Source: Vezdaea acicularis
Taxonomy: Eukaryota
Assembly (NCBI GenBank): GCA_026025075.1
Contig: JAPEUI010000157.1
Span: 1-33,577, forward strand
Direction: 5' to 3'
DNA: 33,577 bases
In this document: positions 1 to 13,990 of the stretch, in pieces
How the letters are laid out: the number at the start of each line of letters is the position of its first letter
Numbering within the stretch: position 1 is the first letter of the stretch
Made by a program: the position numbers and the translations under genes
Notes under the pieces: model-generated
Told to the model about the DNA's origin: nothing
Seen by the model: only the letters and a program-made list of their open reading frames with translations
The model's database searches: none

Positions 1-192
1 ACAAGTCTGCTGCGCCTTGAGCGTCTCATTCTTTCTTTTGATTGTCGTGGCTTTCAAGCCACTTCGATCGCGGAGGACCTGACACGCGCGCCGCGGAGAG
101 GTCCCTGCTCCGGGAAACGCTCCCGATATTTTTTCTCGCGGCGGAAGTTCATTGTTCACAGCGATAACACTCGAGACTGCTGAACAACACGC

Positions 193-2110
193 ATGATGGC
201 TACTAAAAGGGCTGCCGCTGCAAAGGCAACGAGTAAGATGACAAACGGCGCGTCAACAAAAGTAACAAAGGATAAACCTGCAAAGGCCGCTGCTAGCAAA
301 CCCGCTGTGACTACTAAGAAGACTATGGCCAAGTCTCGCACGAATGAGGTGGATGAGGCTTCACCGACGGCGAAGAAGGATAGTCCGAAAGTTGTTGCGT
401 CGAAGAAAACTGAGAAGAAGAAAGCTGCACCGCCGGCCAAGGCGGCACCGAAGGGAAAGCCAGTTGCGATAGTTACCAGAGCTAGGAAGTCGGCAACTCC
501 TGCGCCAGGTATGTATCTAGAATGCTTTCACTCCCATTCCTGCCTCAAGATACTAACTAAGAATACCAGTAGTTGAGAGATCTAGCACTCCAGAGGTAAA
601 GGCAAATCAGGCGAGGAAGCGCAAAGCTTCTGCTGAAGAGAGCGAGCCTGCCCCGTCGGCGAAGAAGACCAAAGTCGAGGCCAAGGCCGCGAAGCCCACA
701 GTCGAAAAGCCCAAGGCCGTTAAACCTTCGAAGCCTCGCAACATCATCAACACTGCTCCTACTGACATCCTCGATGTTCTTGTCTTTGGCGAGGGTAGCT
801 CTGGGGAGCTTGGACTCGGCGTTGCCAGCAATGCGGTGGATGTCAAGCGTCCTCGTGTCAACCCTCTGCTCTCGGCGAAAGATGTCGGGGTGGTACAAGT
901 CGCGGTGGGTGGCATGCACTGCGCTGCACTGACTCACGACAACAAGATTCTCACGTGGGGGGTGAACGATCAAGGTGCATTGGGGAGAGACACGACCTGG
1001 GAAGGCGGTCTTCGAGATATGGACGACAGCAGCGATGACGAATCGGCCAGTGATAGTGGTCTCAATCCTAAGGAAGCTACACCCACAGCCATTCCGAGTG
1101 ATTCCTTCCCCGAGGGAACGGTCTTTACATGTATCGCAGCTGGCGACAGCAACACCTTTGCTGTCACGGACGACGGCAGAGTCTGGGGCTGGGGCACATT
1201 CCGAGTAAGCCAACCCCACCCTCCCTTATTCTGGAAGAATAGTCCACTAACAAGTCTCGCGCAGAGCAACGATGGTATCCTTGGATTCAACACGCACGTC
1301 CGCGTCCAAAACACGCCCCTCCTCGACCCCTCCCTCAAGAACATCACCCGCGTCGTCTGTGGCGCCAACCACGTCCTCGCCCTCGACGTCAAAGGCAACG
1401 TCTGGGCCTGGGGGTCCGGGCAACAGAACCAGCTCGGCCGCCGCGTCGTCGAACGCACCAAACTCAACGGCCTCATCCCCCGCGAATTCGGCCTCCCCGC
1501 CAAACAAATCATCTCCATCGCCGCCGGGCAATACCACAGCTTCGCCATCGACAAGCGCGACCGCGTCTGGGCCTGGGGCCTCAACAACTACGGCGAAACC
1601 GGCATCGCCGACAACGCCGGCGACGACGACGCCGTCGTCCTCAAACCAACCCCCATCCCCTCCTTGACTGGTGCCGGCGTCAAAGAGGTTAAAGGCGGCG
1701 CCCACCACTCCATCGCCGCCACCAAAGACGGCACGTGCCTCGTCTGGGGCCGCCTCGATGGCGCACAGATGGGCTTGCCCGTCGCCCAAATGCCCCCCGA
1801 CGCCGTTATTTATGATGCCCGCGGCCACCCCCGCATCCTCTCCCGCCCCACCCCCGTGCCTGGCATCACCGTCAAGGCCGTCGCCGCGGGAAGCGATACC
1901 TCCTTCGCCATCACGACGGATGGGAAATGCTATAGTTGGGGCTTCTCGGCGAATTATCAGACTGGCCAAGGGACAGACGAGGATGTGGAAGTGGCGACCT
2001 TGATTGATAATACGGCTGTGCGCGGACGCGTCCTGGAGTGGGCGGGCGCGGGCGGCCAGTTTGCGGTGCTCACTGCGAAGGCGCCCGTGGTGAATGGGAA
2101 TGGTGTTTAG
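193..2110 (+). CDS. pim1: RCC1-family Ran guanine-nucleotide exchange factor (Pim1/Prp20/Srm1); 3 exons, introns 509-569 and 1205-1264
   Basis: Lys/Ala-rich basic N-terminal tail followed by RCC1 repeats (VQVAVGGMHCAAL, TWGVNDQGALGR, WAWGSGQQNQLGR, WAWGLNNYGETG, YSWGFSANYQTGQG). GTATGT...CTAAC...CAG and GTAAGC...CTAAC...CAG introns join the frames without stops. Confidence 0.95.
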
Positions 2111-2641
2111 ATTCGAGCGCGTGACTTGACGAGACGAGCGTGCACCGATGGAAGGCTTAGGTATCTGATGAGGTAGATCGTCACATGAGAGCTGATTTTG
2201 TAAGGCTTGTAAGGCTTATGCACGGCATGCGCTTTGTCCGTTTGGAACGCATATCTGCTACCCCTTTCATCCCTCCTTTATCACCCTTTTCTTGCTCTCC
2301 CCGCCTGCTAGACCTATCCCCCACGAAACCTACCCCTCCAAGGGGCCAAGCCCCAGGGTGAGGAAGGGCTAGGGGCCGAAGAGCTAGGGGCCAAAGGAGG
2401 CATGGGGGCCGGAAGCAAGGCGCTTTAGGATCATGATCATAGTTAAAGTGATAAAGCATTTACATCTACCTCTAAATCAGAAACCCCGGTTCCCCTCCCC
2501 CCTCCTCCGTCCGTGCGTGCTATTTTATATCTCATCGGGTTATATAGGCGCACAGGGAGAGAGACTTTGAATCGCGGAACGCCTCAGTGTTCGCACGTAT
2601 CTGACTGTATCTGTATCTGTGTCTGACCAAGATACAAATTC

Positions 2642-2643
2642 CA

Positions 2644-2675
<32 letters not shown>
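2642..2675. repeat. (CACG)8 microsatellite in the convergent 3' intergenic region
   Basis: Direct reading: eight perfect cacg units plus ca. Confidence 0.95.
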
Positions 2676-3591
2676 TCCCGCAACTCTCGGGGTATCAGCA
2701 GGATGGTTGGAATCAGTATCAGTGTCAGTGTCACTGACAACCCTACCTACGGAGGCATACGCGAGCAAGCGCAGTAGTGCGCGAAACCCAGCAACCAATC
2801 TTCTAGCACGGTCTCTTGTTTAGGGGGTTTCAAGGATGTTATGCTAAGCTGCTGGTTACTGGTGACTGGCTAGTGACTAAAAGTACAAAAGTCTCCCTAT
2901 TGCCACTCCCACTTCCCCCTCCCTTCATTCCCTGCTGCGGCTGCTGCTGCTTCCAGGCTTCGTTTTTTTTCTCCAACTCTGCCCCCCCGCCGTTTCCCCC
3001 GCGGACTTTGCCCCCGCTTTGCAACTTGCATGTGTCTACGGGCTCAGCACCGGCCTCTTGCTGACGACCGAAAGCGAAAAAGAAAATGAGGGGATGAAAA
3101 GTATGGAAAGGGCAGGCAGTGTTCTCAGAATAGCCAAGCAGGCCCAGAAAAAGAAAAAAGGACAAGATAATGCTTCGTTTGCCAACGCCGGTGCGCCGAA
3201 CAGATGAAGGTATGTCGTCGTCGCAGCCGCTGCTGCTGCTGCTCCTCTCTCTCCCCCTCTCTCGTGTGTATCCGGGTCCGAGGAAAAGGGAGATGGCGGC
3301 GCTAGACTTGGTGGAAGGAGACATGACCAGCTACTTATCTATGTTTTAGTGAAGGTTGGTATTCGGCCTGTCTGTAAGGTTGGACGCCTGGCTACAGCGG
3401 CATCTTTATTCGCAGGCCTGCGTGTTCCCCGTAAAGGTCTGAGCCGTCATCGTCTGATATCCGATATGTATAACCGCAGCGAACCGGCCGCGCGCGTGGC
3501 CTCTCGACTTCGAGGCCGTGCCGTAGACGTCGGGCGCGGATAATATGGTGCATCCCCCCCGGTCTGATATTCTAGCCGCACGACACGTCGT

Positions 3592-6576
<2,985 letters not shown>

Positions 6577-7922
6577 CGTGATGCCCGTGATGGTGTAGAT
6601 ACAAGGTGCTGGTCAAAGCACCACGCTGGAGGGAGCGGACTGGCAAGCGCGGTGAGAGCTCGGGGGGAAACAGCAACAGTCACGATCGGACAGCTGAACG
6701 GCGGTTGCCGTGCGGCACGAAAGTCGAGGTGATGCACAGTACCCACGGGTACATTCGATGCGAATGCGATGTCAAGTCATGGCAGGTGGAGTTTGGGAAG
6801 AAGCCAGGTCGAAGACTGGAAATGTGGAGTTGTCGTTCGCGCTTCTCATGCTGCTTTGTTGGCGGGCGGCTGATTGGTCCAGTTGTAAGTATTCCCCGTG
6901 CTGGCTTGGTGGTGACTTCTGAGCACTGCAAAGCAAGCACGCACCCCCTTTGGGCAGAGTTCGGTTTGCTTAGGCGCGGCTCCAGTGCCGTTGCATTACG
7001 CACCAGCACCAGGGGACTTTCCGCAAATTACTGCGCCCAAAGCCGCCCACAAATAGCTGCTTATATTGATGCTCATGCCACCCTTCTCAACTAAAGGCTG
7101 GACGATCTGAGCTGCGCATTTGGAGGGCAAGCAGGGTCATTTGTTTACCTCTGTATCAACCGACGCATTGCATGTCTTGAAGAAATCCGCGCGTGGCCGT
7201 CTCCGTCTACGCACGGTGCAGTAGCCGCTGTCCCAAGATGACTGGAAATCCCCAAGCGTCCTGATTCGTCGAAGCGGAACAGCACGCCCGTTCATCAATG
7301 GCGCAAAGAAACCATCTCCTTCTAAATCAAATCGAAAAATGCTCGAAATTTCTAAATGTACATAATATGAATGATTCCGTGCGCAATCACAAGACTGCGC
7401 GCCTTTCCTCATTCTCCGAAAGCACAGCTCTCGCCCCCCCTCTTGCAGGCGTTCGTGGGGAGTCATCGGCTACCGTAGTCCGCTAAGTTATGACGCGCCT
7501 GCCTGCTCAGACTGATCGCGTCGGCAAATTCCGCACGACTTTTTTGTGCATGACGGAGTGTTCATATGAAGCCTCATTATCGACGACCACAATACGTAGC
7601 CCTGCGACCGCGAATTATGCAGCAGGCGACAATAGCAATGACCAGCCACCGCATTTTGACAATAGCTTCACGTTATTCACCCTCAGCCCCCCCAATATCA
7701 ATAGAAATCTCTGCATCTGTGTCAGTTCAGATGCGCTTCATTCACTCCGCCACCCTTTGCAACCTGTAAAATTTGCCCACTTCACCAACGAGTTCCTCTG
7801 TACCTATTTCGTTCGCAATACTTACCAATAACTGTGTTTTTACCTGAATATCACTTTGAACCTTAGAAACCTCCACAAAGCCACTCTCCTTGAAGGAAAT
7901 CGAGCTACACTAGCGCATCATC

Positions 7923-10900
7923 ATGTCGGCGAAAGAGGCGTCCGAACCCGGTCAAGAGCTTTCTGGGCCAGCAACCCCAGGCGCTGCTACTGGACAAGAC
8001 ACTGCTCAGGCTGGCCCTAGCAAGATGGTGCAAGAAACCCCTCGCTCTGGCAGTGAGGCGGATGAACAAATCTCGGAGGATGGAGATGCGGCGAAGATTC
8101 TCGAAGACCTCACAGTAGACATCCAGGATCAAGAAGACGTTGAGAAGCGAGTAGCTCAGCAGGTAAGGACGTAGTCTGATAAGAAGCTTCATATCCGCTA
8201 ACCTCGGCGCTCCTTAAGGCTGAGCAGATGATGTCTGCACAACTCGACGAGCGCGACCAGAAGCACATTGAGAAGGCGGAGGTTGAGAAGAGGTAAAACT
8301 CGATCCTTAGCATAGCCAGGGCAATGTTTCGGGTTCCGCTGACAATCTTCTCCTCTCAGCAAGCTTCTCAACCAGAAACGAAAGTTACAAATCCGCTTGC
8401 AGGAAGGTGGGCTTCCAGGCCGTGCCCGTCAACAAGTTTCCGCCGAAATCGAGGAGCTCAACTCAAGGATAGCATTGCTGGATAATCAAATATCTGATAT
8501 TCAGCAGCGCATAGACAAGCGTCAAGCTGGGGCTTCGATTGAGGATCATGGGTCACGCATGCTCTCCAATGAGAGCAGACATGACTACCTTGTGAGGACG
8601 GGAAAAATCACACCTTTTTCTAAGGATGGGCTTGGGAGAAGTCATGGTGCTTTAGATCTTGAAGCGGCGTTGGCTGATGAGGAAGAATATGATGAGGCGC
8701 AGGATGCGAACGGCTCCGATGGAGGAGGCGACGAGCAAGTCAAGCTCTCCCACCAAAACCTTCGTCTTCCGGGATTCCAAGATGAGCTAGAGGTCACAGC
8801 TGGCGCTGAAGACACTACTCTGGTTGATAGAGCTACAAAGAGGATTAAACTCAAGAAGGCTGCCGATGGTCGAGACAGCTGGTCTCCTGCTTCAAATGAC
8901 GAAGAACTATCTGAGCTAAGTGAAGGAAACCAATTCTCTGCCGAAGCGTCCGACTCATCTAAAAAGCGCAAGAACAAAACCACAAGCGTGTTAGAGTCCG
9001 CAAAAATAGATATGACTGGCATTGACGATGGAAACGAGCAGGCGTACCAAGTACGCTTGAAGAGCTGGGAGACGAGACGTCGTGCAGCACGAGATCGACA
9101 TGAGGGGCTAGAAGCTGGCGAAACTACCGAGCCGGTTGAAGAGAAAGGCGAATGGCTCCAACCGCACCCGAAAATTGCTGATACGACCTTTGAAGGCGGC
9201 TACAGCGTCCCTGGCGATATATATCCGTCCCTGTTCGACTATCAAAAAACTGGAGTAAAATGGCTCTGGGAGCTCTACTCGCAGCAGGTCGGCGGCATTG
9301 TAGGAGATGAAATGGGACTCGGAAAGACGATTCAGGTCATCTCTTTCCTCGCAGGCCTTCACCATAGCGGCTTGCTGGAAAAGCCAGTTATTGTGGTTTG
9401 TCCCGCTACCGTTATGCAGCAATGGGTCAACGAGTTTCACCGATGGTGGCCTCCCCTTCGAGTTTCTATTCTCCATACTTCTGGCAGTGGCATGATTGAT
9501 ATGGCAAGAGAAGACGAGGGAAAATCGGTTGGAAAAAACCGGTCCAAGTTGAAAGAGAAAGCTGCCCGAGCAATTGTGGATCGTGTCGTGAAGAAAGGCC
9601 ACGTTCTTGTCACTACATACGCGGGATTGCAGACCTATAGCGATCTGCTTATTCCTGTTGATTGGCAGTATGCCGCTCTAGATGAGGGGCACAAGATACG
9701 AAATCCCAATACCGCTGTCACCATTCATTGTAAGGAGCTTCGAACTCCAAACCGAATCATCATATCCGGCACTCCAATGCAGAACAATCTGACCGAGCTC
9801 TGGTCGCTCTTTGACTTCATATTTCCTATGAGACTTGGGACTTTGGACAGTTTCCGCACTGCTTTTGACATCCCCATCAGGGAGGGTGGCTTTGCAAACG
9901 CTTCGAATCTACAAGTTCAGACCGCTCAAAAATGTGCTGAAACTCTCAAGGATACGATCGCTCCTTATGTCCTCCAGCGTTACAAGGCCGATGTAGCAGC
10001 AGATCTTCCTAAGAAAACCGAAAGAACCCTGCTCTGTAGACTCACTATGCCGCAAAGGCGAGCGTATGAAGCTTTTCTAGAGTCACCAGAGATGAAATCG
10101 ATCTATAGCGGGCGCAGAAATGTGCTTGCTGGAGTTGATATTCTGAGGAAGGTATGCAATCACCCTGATTTGCCGGATCGAGAAATGCTTCTCAAACAGG
10201 AGGGTTACAAGTACGGGGCCGCAAACAAGTCGGGGAAGCTCCAGATCACCAAATCTTTAATACAAATGTGGTTGGAAGGGGGCCACAAGATCTTGCTATT
10301 TAGCCAGACAAAGATGATGCTAGATATCATTGAGAAGATGGTCAAGAGAATGCGTGGGTTGAACTACCGACGAATGGACGGAGAGAGCGCTATTAAGGAC
10401 AGACAGGATATGGTCGACGAATTTAACAAGAACCCCGATATCCACCTGTTCTTACTGACCACGAAGGTTGGAGGCCTCGGTGTAAACCTCACAGGAGCAG
10501 ATAGAATTATCATCTATGATCCAGATTGGAACCCTTCGACTGATGCCCAAGCTCGTGAGCGAGCGTGGCGTTTGGGGCAAAAGAAGGAGGTTGAAATTTA
10601 TCGACTTATGATCGGTGGAAGTATTGAGGAGAAGATCTACCACCGACAAATCTTCAAGACTTTCTTGACGAACAAAGTCATGAAAGATCCCACACAGCGC
10701 CAGACCTTTCAAATGCAAGACTTACACGATCTCTTCTCCCTTTCGACTGACGGTTCTCAATCAGAGACGGGCCAGCTCTTCCATGGCACAGAAACTAAGT
10801 TCGATGATGTCTCCAACGATAGCACCGAAGCGGTGAAACGCATCGCTGGTGTAGATGGATTGGAGGATTTCGAGGACGAAGAAGTAGAGAAGAAATCAGC

Positions 10901-11432
10901 GGAGCAGCGCGTCTTGGAAGGTATATTCAGCCGAGCTGGTGTTCAGAGTGCTCTGGAGCATGACCAGATCATCAATGGCAAGAAGAGATACGCGCCAGAT
11001 CCAAACATTATTGAAAGGGAGGCGGCAAAAATTGCTGCCAAGGCAGCTCGGTCTCTTCTCGTTGCAGGTGAAGCAGCGCGTCATGTCCCGGTGGGTACAG
11101 TCACTTGGACTGGCCGGTTTGGTACGACAGGTCGGCCCAATGATAACGGTAGTATTCCCGGAGGAGGCCGCCAGAGAGCCGAGACAGGGGGTGGGTTGTC
11201 TACCAACGGATCTGGTCCTAAGGGGCCACAGTATGCCAAGCTCATCCAAGACTATCTCAACACCCACGACGGTATCGTCTTTTCGTCAATGCTGGTCAAT
11301 CACTTCAACAACCAAATCAAAAATCCGGTTGAAAAGGCCCATTTCATGGCCACCCTGAAACAGCTAGCAGACTTGCAAAGGCGAGGCAGACTACGGGGCA
11401 AGTGGATTCTGAAGGCCGAGTATCGCGTGTGA
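7923..11432 (+). CDS. rad26: Rad26/Rhp26/CSB (ERCC6) SNF2-family transcription-coupled repair ATPase; introns 8163-8218 and 8293-8359
   Basis: Motifs [59 protein letters not shown]. The N-terminal LVRTGKITPF segment, the TWTG-FG segment and a C-terminal winged-helix-like region are typical of CSB/Rad26. Confidence 0.95.
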
Positions 11433-12397
11433 TGGCATGGGCTTTACATATGGTTCGTGCGGAGGACAGGACCCGATCACGACTGTGCATGTTTATGAGC
11501 CACGAACAGCATTGGAAAGGTTGCACTAGGACGTCCATTAGAGTACAGCATAATTGGGAATTATCGGTGTAGTTAGAGGTTGTAGGTCTATATGACGTAG
11601 AGAACGCATCTCAAGCAGCCAGTAAATATAAAAAAGTCTTTTACTTCGTAGAGATCTGACATCAAGGAACTGGTCCGCCGTGAAATGCTTGGCCCATTCA
11701 TATGTCTCTGTGCGTGCATACTGTACGCCGCGATAGACGGTGGCAACGAAACTTTCCTTGCGAGTTGCTGTCTCGCTTTGCCAAAAATAACCCAACGGTC
11801 GCAGTCGGTGGTGTCGTCGACATCCCCTGTCCGACCGCGCTAAGCCCAACGCAGGCTTCGGCTCACCCCCTGCTCCCTTGCATGCCCCCGGCTTCCCACC
11901 ACTGAGAGTCAACAAGCGTGTTTCCTTTCGTCTGGGGGTGCTCTCCCTGGCCCCGTTGCTCCACCATCCCGAGCCATTGATTCTGCCAGATCCGTGCCTT
12001 TCTCGATTTTCGCCCATCACCTTCAGTCTTCAACGTCGTTCGTTAGCACCCAGTCACTCGTTTTGCATTCACCTGCCTCAAATCCTGGACACGGTTGTCC
12101 AACGCCTACTGAGCCGTTTTGTTTGGGTCATCGCGTCACGGACAAGAATTGCGGTACTGACCAGGCAAAGACCCCCCTCCCCTTGGGGACCGACAGGCGA
12201 AAGGGTGCTTGCGGATCCGTTTGATTGTTTATTCGACAACTTCTCGAGCGAGAAGAGAGATTTTGTACTTCTTTTGAGACGGCCCTCCAACGGCTGCGCA
12301 ATAAGTTTTTGAACTTCTTCATCCACTAGACACTTGTCATCTTTCCTCCTTTCCGCTGTTCTAATTTCCCTCAACCACAACCGCCGCCACCTCGGTC

Positions 12398-13387
12398 ATG
12401 AGGAATCTCAACGCCCTTTTCCTATCAGCCTTCATACTCCTCCTCACATCCCTCACATCTGCCTGGCCATGGCCGCAATACCATAACTTAATAATGGGAC
12501 GGGCGGATAGCAGTTCAAGTAGTGAGATCATCCCCCTTCAATGGCCCGCTAAAAAACGAACACTGACCCCAAACCCTCACAGGCGGTAGTTCAGTATCTC
12601 AAACAGCCTCGAATACCGCCTCATCAACAGCATCCGGCTCTGGCTCATCCACAATCACCTCCGCCCCCTCGAGCAGTGGCGGAAGCAGCTCCTCAGCGTC
12701 CGGTTCTGCCTCGAACTCCAACTCAGACTCCAGCAACACCTCCGGCAGCTCCTCCGGCAGCCAAACCGCCACTGGCACCTCCAATGGCGGCAGCTCCTCC
12801 AACACAACCATATACGACCCCCGCCTCCCCGCCGGTGGCGTGCAGATGGTCACACCTGCCGCCACATCCGGGTCGCAGTACTACAAAGTCGGCGACCAAA
12901 TCACCTTCGGCTGGAACTTTACCTCGCTATCCGCGACGCCCTCAGCCGTCGATGTCTTCGCAACTTGCACTTCCCAGGCCTACACCTACACGCTTGCGTC
13001 TAACCAAAGTATCGGCTCCACTGCCGTGACCTGGGACACTGGCGCCGTGCCCACGGACCATCCGCTGCTGACGGACACTTATACGCTTATCATCTTTGAT
13101 GCGGCGAGTGGGGTCAGTGCGACAGCCCAGGCGGGCTATCTAGCTGTCTTTGATAGCTTTAGCTTCGGCATGTATACACCGCAACCGTATACGCCCCTAA
13201 ACGGTAAGTTTTGTCTCTGTTATTACTCCTGGGGAGAATATGCTGATCAGGGACAGATTTCATATGCGCGACGTGCAGTGCGGGGTTGAGCCAGACGGAG
13301 AGGCAGGCGCTGGGTTTCATGCTCGGCATGGCGGCTGTCACAGTTCTTTCGTTTTCATGGTTTGTCGGTGGATTGGGACTGTTCTAG
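12398..13387 (+). CDS. Conserved-looking fungal hypothetical protein: signal peptide, Ser/Thr-rich linker, globular domain, C-terminal hydrophobic (TM/GPI-like) tail; introns ~12522-12582 and 13204-13256
   Basis: Signal peptide MRNLNALFLSAFILLLTSLTSA-WPWP, an S/T/G-rich tract, the domain DPRLPAGGVQMVTP...YYKVGDQITFGWNFTSL...FGMYTPQPYTPL, then CATC and hydrophobic GFMLGMAAVTVLSFSWFVGG*. The splice sites restore the frame. The first donor could alternatively be 12519 (same phase). Confidence 0.85.
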
Positions 13388-13990
13388 ATTGCGTACTCTA
13401 GGCATAATAGCGGGGTGGGAAGGGATCGAGGGATGGGATGGGGATTCTGAGGGAGAGGGAAGAGGAACTGGACAACAGTCCACCCCTTATCGTACGAGCT
13501 TGGAGGACGTAGGAGGGCTTCACTGCACATATTCCACCTGCCTAATCGGCACTCGCCACCTCCACACCACACCAAACAATAGCATTCCGAGACCGACGCA
13601 CAGAGCGAATGGACGTCTCACGGGGTTAATCACGGCGCTTCTCATGCATTCAGGGATACGGAGGGAAATGGGCTTGTTTTGTTTGCGAGCGCACTAGGAG
13701 GGTCTACAGTGGAACGCAGCTTTCGCTCGATTCGCGGGAGCTGAGAGAGATGCGTCTAGCTAGCTAATCGGAGGGCAACTTAATCGCTATACCAACTTGT
13801 CTCTTTCTCTCACGTATCATGACTTTGACATCCTAGCTGCGCTCAGCTACCTCTCAAAACCCCCCTCTCTCCCAACCCCCGTCTCAATCAACCATCCACC
13901 GCATCCCCCTCGACCCACACCCCCCGCCCCTCCAGCTCGCGCAACCACGCCACGCCCTTTCGCGCGAACAACCGCAGTTCCCGCCGCACG

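Noticed and set aside
557..2003. Several long overlapping ORFs (557-1219, 970-1587, 1247-1969, 1272-1667, 1671-2003)
   Set aside because: Shadow frames of the GC-rich, codon-biased RCC1 gene, with no independent protein features.
6577..7922. Short ORFs and CGCG motifs in the YAK1/RAD26 divergent intergenic region
   Set aside because: Most ORFs have non-ATG starts and no protein-like features. The CGCG motifs are not exact MCB (ACGCGT) sites and are common in GC-rich DNA.
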